Below are positions 55,801-64,000 of a stretch of 64,000 nucleotides of DNA, in pieces. Each line of letters begins with the position of its first letter. Position 1 is the first letter of the stretch. A program made the translations under genes and the position numbers. The notes under the pieces were generated by a model, which was not told the DNA's origin, ran no database searches, and worked only from the letters and a program-made list of their open reading frames with translations. The DNA comes from Ophelia neglecta (lineage: Eukaryota). The stretch lies in the NCBI GenBank assembly GCA_965285935.1, contig OZ260662.1, positions 63,364,001 through 63,428,000 of the forward strand. The letters run 5' to 3'.

Positions 55801-58800
55801 CTTGGCGTCATTAGCTTGTGGGATTGTATTTCCAGGATTTATTGTGGGCACGCCATCTGTGATTACTATGGCTATATTCAGAGCATCTGATCTGTCTCCA
55901 CTAGTACTGAATATATCTGTTTGTAAAACGCTGAGCGCAGCCGGTGTGTTGGTGTTACCTCCAGGATATTGGTTATCCAGATCCCGAACTGCGTTTAGCA
56001 AATCTCTTTTATCCAGATATCTACAATAAATGGCTTATCATTACAAAATTTTACCGATGACAATTGCTGATGTCGCGGGTCTTCCATACAGAATGTACTT
56101 CTGGTAGATTACAGCGAGACAGTACACTTGAATTTCTCTAAATAATTCCTTGTTCTGAAGCGACTTGCCAGTTTCCCAGACAACAGCCAAATAAGATTAA
56201 CATCAATGACGGATATTACTGCATTCTCATTGATGTAGTAGTCACCAAAGACCGGCATTATCAAGAGAAAAACAACATCCTATCTTAAGATAATTAATGA
56301 GTTTCTTTCGAATATTTGCCAGACAAATGCATTCTACGATAAGATTTCCCTCACTGATGCAGATGTTTTGTTTTTCAGTTCAGTGAACAAAGCTCTATAA
56401 GTGGAATCCAAGACAGTGATACACATAATATGTTTGGACATCTTCAAGAATAGCGTGACTGACCTAGACTTATTGAAAAGGATATCTGCTATAGAAGTAG
56501 GTAATGCATAGCAACAAGTATATAAAAAAAGTATAATGTTCAGAAATTTGTTAAAAAATGCCTCATTATTACCCAAACAAATAAATAAATTTATTTTCCC
56601 AAAATAAACTATCACAATTGTAATTGATTTCCGTGACAGTTTGATTGTTGAAAGGGTTTATCTTTTGAAATGAATGTATACGAACCTATCCAGACTCCAC
56701 TTGACTACAGCATTATCAGCAAACAGCAGCAGTCCGACCTGGGAAGCATCTCGTCCAATGCCGAGGAATTCCACCACATCAGATACAAAACTCACAATCA
56801 AATTCCAATTGTTGCATTTATTATTCCTGAATGTAGGGTCATTGTCACATATGCTACCTGACCCATCTACAGCAAATACAACATCAAGTTTTGCGTTTGC
56901 ACATGTTGGCGGTGGTGTCACACAGGCTTGAACTATCAAGGCATTTAATACGTCATCCAGTTCATTGAATTCAGGTGATGTGAAATAGTTTCTGTCTTTC
57001 TGCTGAGGAGAAGACGACATCTCTCGCAGAATATTTTCATCAATAAATCTGGTTATTCCCACAGCAAAGATGGTAATACCTCTAGCCTTGGCGTCATTAG
57101 CTTGTGGGATTGTATTTCCAGGATTTATTGTGGGCACGCCATCTGTGATAACTATGGCTATATTCAGAGCATCTGATCTGTCTCCACTAGTACTGAATAT
57201 ATCTGTTTGTAAAACGCTGAGCGCAGCCGGTGTGTTGGTGTTACCTCCAGGATATTGGTTATCCAGATCCCGAACTGCGTTTAGCAAATCTCTTTTATCC
57301 AGATATCTACAAAAAAATGTCAAATCCATATTAAATCTTATTGAGGGGCATTCTTGATGCCGCGGCTCCCCCATATATGATTAATTCTGTTGGATAAATG
57401 TAACACAGTACTCACGACTGAACAACACTTTGTTCTGGAGCGTCGTGTCTTGTACTCTGGTAAGATCCAATTAAGTCTACCGTCAATTACTGATGGTAAT
57501 CCTTTTTAATTGAGGTGATAGTCAAAGGACCGGCTTTATATAGAGTCAAACAGTGTCGTATGCTTTGAGTATAAAGTTCCTTTTATACTTGTTACTCACA
57601 AATGTAGTTCAAGATAGGATTTCCTTCGCTGATGCAGAGATATTTATTTTAAGTTCAGTGACAAAGCGTTATAAGTGGAACCAAAACCAGCAATTATACA
57701 TATCGTTTTTGGTCATTTTCAGGAATAATTTGACTGCTTTACAGTTATGGAAGGTCATACCTAATATTTATTTAAGTAATGCTTTAGGACAATTTTAAAA
57801 TACAGAAAATGTTTATAAAGGTGGCCAAGTAAGACACGTTTTAGGCCAGAAAAAAAGAATATATGTATTTCCCTACCAATAAGTTGTCAAAATTTCAATG
57901 TTTTTTCATGACAGTTTGATCGTTGATAGTGTGTATCTTTTGAAATGAATGTATACGAACCTATCAAGAGTCCACTTGACTACAGCATTATCGGCAAACA
58001 GCAGCAGTCCGACCTGGGAAGCATCTCGTCCAATGCCGAGGAATTCCACCACATCCGATACAAAACTCACAATCAAATTCCAGTTGTTGCATATATTATT
58101 CCTGAATGTAGGATCATTATCACAAATGCTACCTGACCCATCTACAGCAAATACAACATCAAGTTTTGCGTTTGCACATGTTGGCGGTGGGGTCGGTCTT
58201 GGTGTTGGAGATGGTGTCACACAGGTTTGAACTATCAAGGCGTTTAATACGTCATCCAGTTCATTGAATTCAGGTGATGTAAAATAGTTCCTGTCTTTCT
58301 GCTGAGGAGAAGACGACATCTCCCGCAAAATATTTTCATCAATAAACCTGGTGATTCCCACGGCAAATATGGTAATACCTCGTGCCTTGGCGTCATTGGC
58401 TTGCGGGATTGTATTTCCAGCATTTATTGTGGGCACGCCATCTGTGATAACTATCGCTATATTCAGAGCATCTGATCTGTCTCCACTAGTACTGAATATA
58501 TCTGTTTGTAAAACGCTGAGCGCAGCCGGTGTGTTGGTGTTACCTCCAGGATATTGGTTATCCAGATCACGAACTGCGTTTAGCAAATCACTTTTATCCA
58601 GATATCTGCAATTAAATTATAAAGTAAATATTAAATCTTGTCGAGGAGGATTCAAGAAGCCGCGGCCTCTTATTGTCTGTTTCTGGAGTATGCCCGCAAG
58701 ACAGCTCTGTTAAATTTCTCTTAATTGTTTTTCTTTTACCGATTTGGTTGCTTTTTCATGGACAATAGTCAATTACGTTACGCAAAATGATTAATTTTTT

Positions 58801-61800
58801 ATTTTTAATTCAGGTAGCAGCCATTGAAAAATGGCATTATAAAGAAGGCAATAGTGCCCCAAGCTTTGGCTATTTAATTTTATTGGACATGTACCCCAGA
58901 AATGCATATAGACATAATTTTCATCTCTGACGCTGAGGTCTTGATATTTCTGTTCCGTGGATTAAGCCTGATTTGTGGAATCAAAGTCAGCGATTGTTCC
59001 TAACAATTTTGGGCATTTGCAGAAAAAGATTGACTGATAGAGAGTTAAGGAAGGACATGTATGCTAAAAACTGTAATAAAACATTTGCAACACGTTTGTT
59101 TACAAAATAACGAAAAATCGCCCAAAAATGCCACATTTATAACCGGAAAAATAAAAACAGTCACCATCAATAAGCTATCAAGTTACCAAACGTTTAATGA
59201 CGGTTTGATCGTTTAATGTGTGCATCATTGGAATGTTATGTCCATACGAACCTATCTAGAGTCCACTTGACTACAGCATTATCGGCAAACAGCAGCAGCC
59301 CGACTTGGGAAGCATCTCGTCCAATGCCGAGGAATTCCACCACATCCGATACAAAACTCACAATCAAATTCCAGTTGTTGCATATATTATTCCTGAATGT
59401 AGGGTCATTGTCACATATGCTACCTGACCCATCTACTGCAAACACAATATCAAGTTTTGCGTTTGCGCAAGTCTGGGGCGGTGTCGGTCTTGGTGTTGGA
59501 GATGGTGTCACACAGGCTTGACCTATCAAGGCACTTAATACGTCATCCAGCTCATTGAATGCTGGTGACGTGAAATAGTTTCTGTCTTTCTGCTGAGGAG
59601 AGGATGACATCTCTCGCAGAATATTTTCATCAATAAATCTTGTAATTCCCACAGCAAATATGGTTATACCTCTAGCCTTGGCGTCATTGGCTTGCGGGAT
59701 TGTATTTCCAGCATTTATTGTGGGCACGCCATCTGTGATTACTATGGCTATATTCAGAGCATCTGATCTGTCTCCACTAGTACTGAATATATCTGTTTGT
59801 AAAACGCTGAGCGCAGCCGGTGTGTTGGTGTTACCTCCAGGATACTGGTTATCTAGATCTCGAACTGCATTAAGCAAATCACTTTTATCCAGATATCTAC
59901 AAAGAAAATGTCGATTCCATATTAAATCTCATTGAGGAGCAGTTTTAATGTCGCGCCTCTCCTGTTTCTGACAAACGTCTAGTGCATTAAGGCAAGACAG
60001 TACTGATAATTTTCTCTTAATAATATTTTATTTTAGAGGGACGTGCCATTTCATGGACAACAGTCAATAACGTTTTCCATCAAGGACTGATGTTATTCAT
60101 GTACTTTTATCTTGAGGCAGTTGTCACTGAAAATAAGGCTTCTGGAGAGATAAACAATACCATACGCTTTAGATATTAAATTCCTCGTAAACATGTGTCG
60201 CACAAATGCATTTTAAGTTTTTGTTCACTGGAGAAGAAGTATTGATTATCATTTCAGTGTACAAAGCATTTTAAGCGGAATCAAAGCCAGCAATTTTAGC
60301 TGAAAGTGTGATCATTTTCAAGAGCAGCGTGACTGGTTCAGCAGGAAGGGCATATCCGTTATCTTTAAGGTATACATTGCAACAAGATAATAAAATTTAA
60401 GAAAAGAATGAAAGTTTTAATAAAGTTGTCCATTGATGACCAAAATAGCAGTGTTCCCCAATGGTAAGTTATCAAGGACGTACAGTCATTTAAATGACGG
60501 CTTTACTGTTAAAAGTGCGTATCGTTTGGTTGGAATGTATACGAACCTATCAAGAGTCCACTTGACTACAGCGTTATCAGCAAACAGTAGCAGTCCGACC
60601 TGGGAAGCATCTCGTCCAATGCCGAGGAATTCTACCACATCCGATACAAAACTCACAATCAAATTCCAATTGTTGCATATATTATTTCTGAATGTAGGGT
60701 CATTGTCACAAATGCTTCCCGACCCATCTACAGCAAACACAATATCAAGTTTTGCGTTTGCACATGTAGGAGGAGGTGTTGGTGATGGGGTAACGCATGC
60801 CTGACTTATCAGGTTATCTAATATACTGTCTAGTTCATTGAATGCTGGGGATGTGAAATAGTTTTTGTTTTTTTCGTGTGGAGACGAGGATATTTCCTTT
60901 AGGATGTCTTCGTCAATGAATCGAGTGATTCCCACAGTGAAGATGTCTATACCTTTTGCTTTTGCTTCATTAGCTTGTGGGATTGTCTTGGAAGTGTCTA
61001 TTGTTGGCACTCCATCTGTTATCACTATAGCTACGTTTCTAGCGGTTGATCTATCGCCACTGGAGCCGAAAATATTCATATGTAAAACATTGAGCGCAGC
61101 CTGTGTATTGGTGTTGCCGCCAGTATATTGATTTTCTAGACCACGAACCGCATTGAGCAAATCACCTTTGTTGGAGTATCTGAAAAGGGGAAAAATGTGA
61201 AAACATTTTAGATATTTGGTAAAAATAGAAAATTCATTTTTATTGATTTATATTCATATGATTGTGGTAGGTTAATGCAGCAATCACATTAATACTTTGG
61301 CCAACACTTTTGTAGCAAATCTAATTTAACACAATTCTTGGGAACAAGATTCTACAAGTATATTCAGTCATGATAACACTACCTCTAGAAATGAGAATTG
61401 TAAATTCATGCTTATGTCTGGAAGAACTAAGAAGGACAAATATCGCGTAGGATTGAGAAAAGATAATATTCAATTAACATGCCTACATAGCATGTTCACT
61501 GCATTGCAGCAGCAAGCCAACTTAAAGTGTTAGTGGTATGGATAGTTTTAAGATAACAAGCAAGAAAAGCATTCTCAGCTTGACATGCATTGCAAAACTA
61601 TCTCAAAAGCATAAAGCAATATTAAACAAATAAGCCAATACAACAGATGCAGAAGTATTGTCCAAATCCTCTAATGTGCGTCTGAAATTGTATGCATTCT
61701 ATTGCCGGGTTGATACTCTGAGGAAGAAACGTGCGGTTTGAATTGGCATTTTAGAGAGACTGGTTTCTAAGTATCGCATATTAAAGTAATGTTATTCGAA

Positions 61801-63982
61801 AACTTTCAGGCAAAACTAGGAAATGTTATGTAGATAAGGTGCACATGTCATGAATTTGATTAACACTAGTAGTGCTCAAGACTGGTGCCTCGGCGGTATA
61901 GTAGCTCTGTAATTACGCAGATTTTAGGCACATGAAACGACACATTAGTTTTGCTTGAACGAAATAACAAACCTATCTAGATTCCATATAACTTCTGCAC
62001 TGTCAGCAAACAGCAGGAGACCAACTCGCGTTGTACTAGGACCAATATTTAAAGCGGTTATAATATCTTGAACAAAAGAAACTATCAAATTCCAATTGTT
62101 ACATCTATTGTTACTAAATGTTGGATCGTTGTCACATATGCTACCAGATGCATCAACAGCGAATACGATATCAAGTTCAGCATCGGCACAAGTTGGCGTT
62201 GGAGTCGGTCTTGGTGTTGGAGATGGTGTTACACAGGCCTGACCAATCAAGGCATTTAATACGTCATCCAGTTCATTGAATTCAGGGGATGTGAAATAGT
62301 TTCTGTCTTTCTCCTGAGGAACAGACGACATCTCCCTGAGAATATTTTCATCAATAAATCTGGTGATTCCCACAGCAAAAATGGTAATACCTCGTGCCTT
62401 GGCGTCATTGGCTTGTGGAATTGTATTTCCAGCATTGATTGTGGGCACACCATCTGTGATTACTATGGCTATATTCAGAGCATCTGATCTGTCTCCAATA
62501 GTACTGAATATATCTGTTTGTAAAACACTGAGTGCGGCCGGTGTGTTGGTGTTGCCTCCTGGATATTGGTTTTCCAGATTCCGAACAGCATTTAACAAAT
62601 CACCTTTGTCGGGATACCTTAAAGTACAGTACAAAAGTTGGGTTATAAATTTTTCAACATCGTGCTTTCATTTTTATCAGATTCTCTTTTGTATTCCAGG
62701 TCAATACCGCGTAAAAGTAAATTAAAATAAAAGTGACCCTATTCACTCTATTCTACTCAAAAGAATCATATTAATTTAAGTTGATGAATTGAGGGAGGTT
62801 GGGATATAGCACTGGATTTGTTGGTAATGCCTGGATGCATTCTTATTTTATGATTACTTCAAACTGTTTACTCAATATTATTGATACGTTTTTTGGAACA
62901 ATTATTTACAATAGTAGACATGGCCAAGGTAGGTGGCCTCTAATCAAGTTTCAGCGGATTCAATGCCTTGGATGGATAGTAATTTTTGGTTGCCCTGCAC
63001 AAGTTGCAATTTCCACCACGAATTACAGTTTAATCGTGATACATATCAATTATAGAAACCGAATTTGGAACTAATATGACACCCTAAGGCGTTTCATTTT
63101 TCTAATAATATTTGATTAACTTTTCTTAAAACTGGTAGAGCGAAAGGATAATTGCCAACCCTTCCATTATCTGTGAGTTATTGCGTCCCTATTAAGAATA
63201 TAGAATACAGGATTGCCTTTTTTTTAAATAAAATATAGTGCATGCTCGATGATGATATTATAATCAGTGATAAAACGAATTCAACGACCTTTTGTTAGGT
63301 AGTATATTTATAAAGTTTATTACATTAGACTTACCGATCAAGAGTCCACTTTATTTCTGCATTATCGGCAAAAAGCAGCAACCCTACAAAGGAAGCATCT
63401 CTACCTATGCCAAGATATTCCACAACATCCGATACAAATTGCACCATCAAATTCCAGTTATTGCACCTGCCGTTTCTAAAAGTAGGGTCATTGTCACATA
63501 TGCTTCCTGATCCATCGACAGCAAATACAAGATCAAGTTTTGCGTTTGCACACGTTGTGGGTGGGGTCGGTTTGGGAGTTGTAGTTGTCGTTGGAATAAC
63601 TGAACATGTTTGTGTTATCAAATTTCCAATTAAGGTATCCAGTTCAGCAAAGGTTGGCGATGTAAAATACGTTAGATCCTTAATCTGTGGTGATGAGGAT
63701 ATATCCCTTAGGGTATTTTCATCAATTAATCTAGTAATGCCAACTACTAATAGTCTTATGTCTTGATTTTTTGCTAGTGTCGCCTCCGGAATGGTATTTG
63801 AAGGATTTACCGTCGGTAAACCGTCTGTTATCACCAGGGCTATATTTTGAGCATCGGATCTGTCACCTACCACTCCGAATAGCTGCGTTCTTAAAACTCT
63901 CAACGCTTCCTGTGTATTTGTGTTTCCTCCTGGGTATTTTAGGGCCGAAATGGCAGTAAATAAAGAAAGCCTGTCGGTGTAG
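40527..63982 (-). CDS. giant multi-VWA-domain protein (collagen VI/matrilin-like VWA repeats, at least 16 domains); 5'-partial
   Basis: Exon chain with consistent phases from 63982 to the TAA at 40527. Every domain has LD(I/V/L)(V/A)F(A/V)(V/I)D(G/A)SGS (MIDAS DxSxS), GGNTNT (MIDAS T), (I/L)TDG (MIDAS D) and flanking cysteines. No collagen Gly-X-Y or transmembrane segment seen in the window. Confidence 0.92.
40955..41060 (-). CDS. multi-VWA exon (YSSKSSLLGAIRPLKNNHPGGNTNTQDGLLKARTQ)
   Basis: ttacag acceptor, gtaaga donor, 106 nt, phase 2/0; PGGNTNT motif. Confidence 0.9.
41270..41498 (-). CDS. multi-VWA exon: N-third of last VWA domain (TCQTAKLDIAFVIDGSGSICDND...)
   Basis: tctttag acceptor, gtatga donor, 229 nt, phase 1/2. 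Confidence 0.9.
41724..41762 (-). CDS. candidate 39-nt micro-exon (QVVSGPPKVLACN)
   Basis: ctttctgctgcaattag acceptor, gtaaaa donor, phase 1/1, open, GC-richer than flanks. Not required for frame. Confidence 0.4.
42896..42943 (-). CDS. Ser/Thr-rich micro-exon 3 (PTSTSSTTSTTTTPVQ)
   Basis: caacttag acceptor, gtacgt donor, 48 nt, phase 1/1. Confidence 0.8.
43492..43539 (-). CDS. Ser/Thr-rich micro-exon 2 (PTSTSSATSTTTTPVQ)
   Basis: caacttag acceptor, gtaagt donor, 48 nt, phase 1/1. Confidence 0.82.
44087..44134 (-). CDS. Ser/Thr-rich micro-exon 1 (ATSTSSTTSTTTTSVT)
   Basis: caacctag acceptor, gtaagt donor, 48 nt, phase 1/1. Confidence 0.82.
45003..45153 (-). CDS. multi-VWA exon (AIREDVLRDISSAPQRMDQNYFTSPDFTELENVLETLIRSACGPGVAPPQ)
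   Basis: caaatag acceptor, gttagt donor, 151 nt, phase 0/1; homologous to the domain C-end of the repeats. Confidence 0.9.
45459..45717 (-). CDS. multi-VWA exon (ISDKDALLREIRDLENRYPGGNTNTQ...FAVGITQ)
   Basis: ttttcag acceptor, gtaagt donor, 259 nt, phase 2/0. Confidence 0.9.
45844..46476 (-). CDS. VWA repeat exon N (divergent)
   Basis: 633 nt, phase 2/2, aag acceptor, gtaagc donor; ORF 45840-46331. Confidence 0.9.
47350..47997 (-). CDS. VWA repeat exon M (5' part consensus, 3' part divergent)
   Basis: 648 nt, phase 2/2, ttttag acceptor, gtaaga donor. Confidence 0.93.
48723..49343 (-). CDS. VWA repeat exon L (short linker)
   Basis: 621 nt, phase 2/2, ttttag acceptor, gttcgt donor. Confidence 0.92.
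50075..50719 (-). CDS. VWA repeat exon K
   Basis: 645 nt, phase 2/2, tttgtag acceptor, gttcgt donor. Confidence 0.92.
51377..52021 (-). CDS. VWA repeat exon J
   Basis: 645 nt, phase 2/2, ttttag acceptor, gttcgt donor. Confidence 0.92.
52747..53391 (-). CDS. VWA repeat exon I
   Basis: 645 nt, phase 2/2, ttttag acceptor, gttcgt donor. Confidence 0.92.
54120..54764 (-). CDS. VWA repeat exon H
   Basis: 645 nt, phase 2/2, attgtag acceptor, gttcgt donor. Confidence 0.92.
55376..56020 (-). CDS. VWA repeat exon G
   Basis: 645 nt, phase 2/2, attgtag acceptor, gttcgt donor. Confidence 0.92.
56686..57306 (-). CDS. VWA repeat exon F (short linker)
   Basis: 621 nt, phase 2/2, tttgtag acceptor, gttcgt donor. 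Confidence 0.92.
57961..58605 (-). CDS. VWA repeat exon E
   Basis: 645 nt, phase 2/2, ttgcag acceptor, gttcgt donor. Confidence 0.92.
59252..59896 (-). CDS. VWA repeat exon D
   Basis: 645 nt, phase 2/2, ctttgtag acceptor, gttcgt donor. Confidence 0.92.
60547..61179 (-). CDS. VWA repeat exon C (5' part divergent, 3' part consensus)
   Basis: 633 nt, phase 2/2, ttttcag acceptor, gttcgt donor. Confidence 0.92.
61973..62617 (-). CDS. VWA repeat exon B (5' part consensus, 3' part divergent)
   Basis: 645 nt, phase 2/2, tttaag acceptor, gtttgt donor. Confidence 0.9.
63335..63982 (-). CDS. VWA repeat exon A (5' part divergent, 3' part near consensus)
   Basis: 648 nt, phase 2/2, atttcag acceptor, gtaagt donor; the upstream exon lies beyond the window. 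Confidence 0.92.
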
Positions 63983-64000
63983 CTGAAATGGTCGAATTAG

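Larger units (their letters stand above)
47590..60770. repeat. about 1.26-1.38-kb tandem array of 10 VWA-domain units (exon halves plus homologous internal intron)
   Basis: Near-identical coding blocks recur every 1.26-1.38 kb; the intervening introns share blocks such as ctgatgcaga and gaatcaaagccagc. Confidence 0.95.

Noticed and set aside
54985-56001. 338-aa ORF with a hydrophobic tail suggesting a membrane-anchored VWA form
   Set aside because: The tail is read-through of the AT-rich gamma intron; the sister gamma intron is not open in the same way, so it is probably accidental
54765-60546. Idea that the about 650-bp array introns are decayed VWA exons or a nested gene
   Set aside because: Length is similar to the exons, but only scattered short matches are present, and reading frames are not preserved between intron families (stops and shifts on both strands)
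42735-60770. CRISPR-like or prokaryotic repeat array
   Set aside because: Units are 0.6-1.4 kb exon-intron duplications in eukaryotic DNA; no short repeat-spacer structure, and no rRNA or tRNA genes were recognised anywhere in the window
45405-63959. Recurrent plus-strand ORFs in every repeat (e.g. ...TNLSRVHLTTALSANSSSPTWEASRPM..., ...LASLACGIVFPAFIVGTPSVIT...)
   Set aside because: Antisense shadows of the VWA exons, repeated only because the exons are repeated; no independent domain or splice evidence

Overview
Animal genomic DNA with spliceosomal introns; an invertebrate, probably a lophotrochozoan such as an annelid (inference from composition and gene style, not proven). It carries two convergent genes, both with 5' ends outside the window. 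(1) Plus strand: a PRDM3/16 (MECOM-EVI1/PRDM16/hamlet/egl-43 family) transcription factor. I could chain five coding exons in frame (5627-5761, 9020-9131, 23764-23944, 30627-30717, 32360-34528; about 895 aa in the window). They encode the C-terminal PR/SET domain, ZF1, ZF4-7, PFDLS/PLDLS CtBP motifs, ZF8-10 and an acidic tail; ZF2-3 appear to be missing. (2) Minus strand (63982 to 40527): a very large extracellular-type protein with at least 16 tandem von Willebrand A (VWA) domains (15 complete plus 1 partial; about 3,400 aa in the window). Fourteen symmetric phase-2 exons each straddle two domains. Ten central domains are almost identical in coding sequence, yet their internal introns fall into five diverged families arranged in a higher-order pattern. 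A triplicated 48-nt Ser/Thr micro-exon forms a spacer before the last domain. Between the genes lie a TTAA-flanked Kolobok-type MITE and a degenerate repeat fragment. The PRDM half is strongly CpG-depleted and the VWA half is not. All calls come from reading the sequence by eye; no searches or alignments were run.
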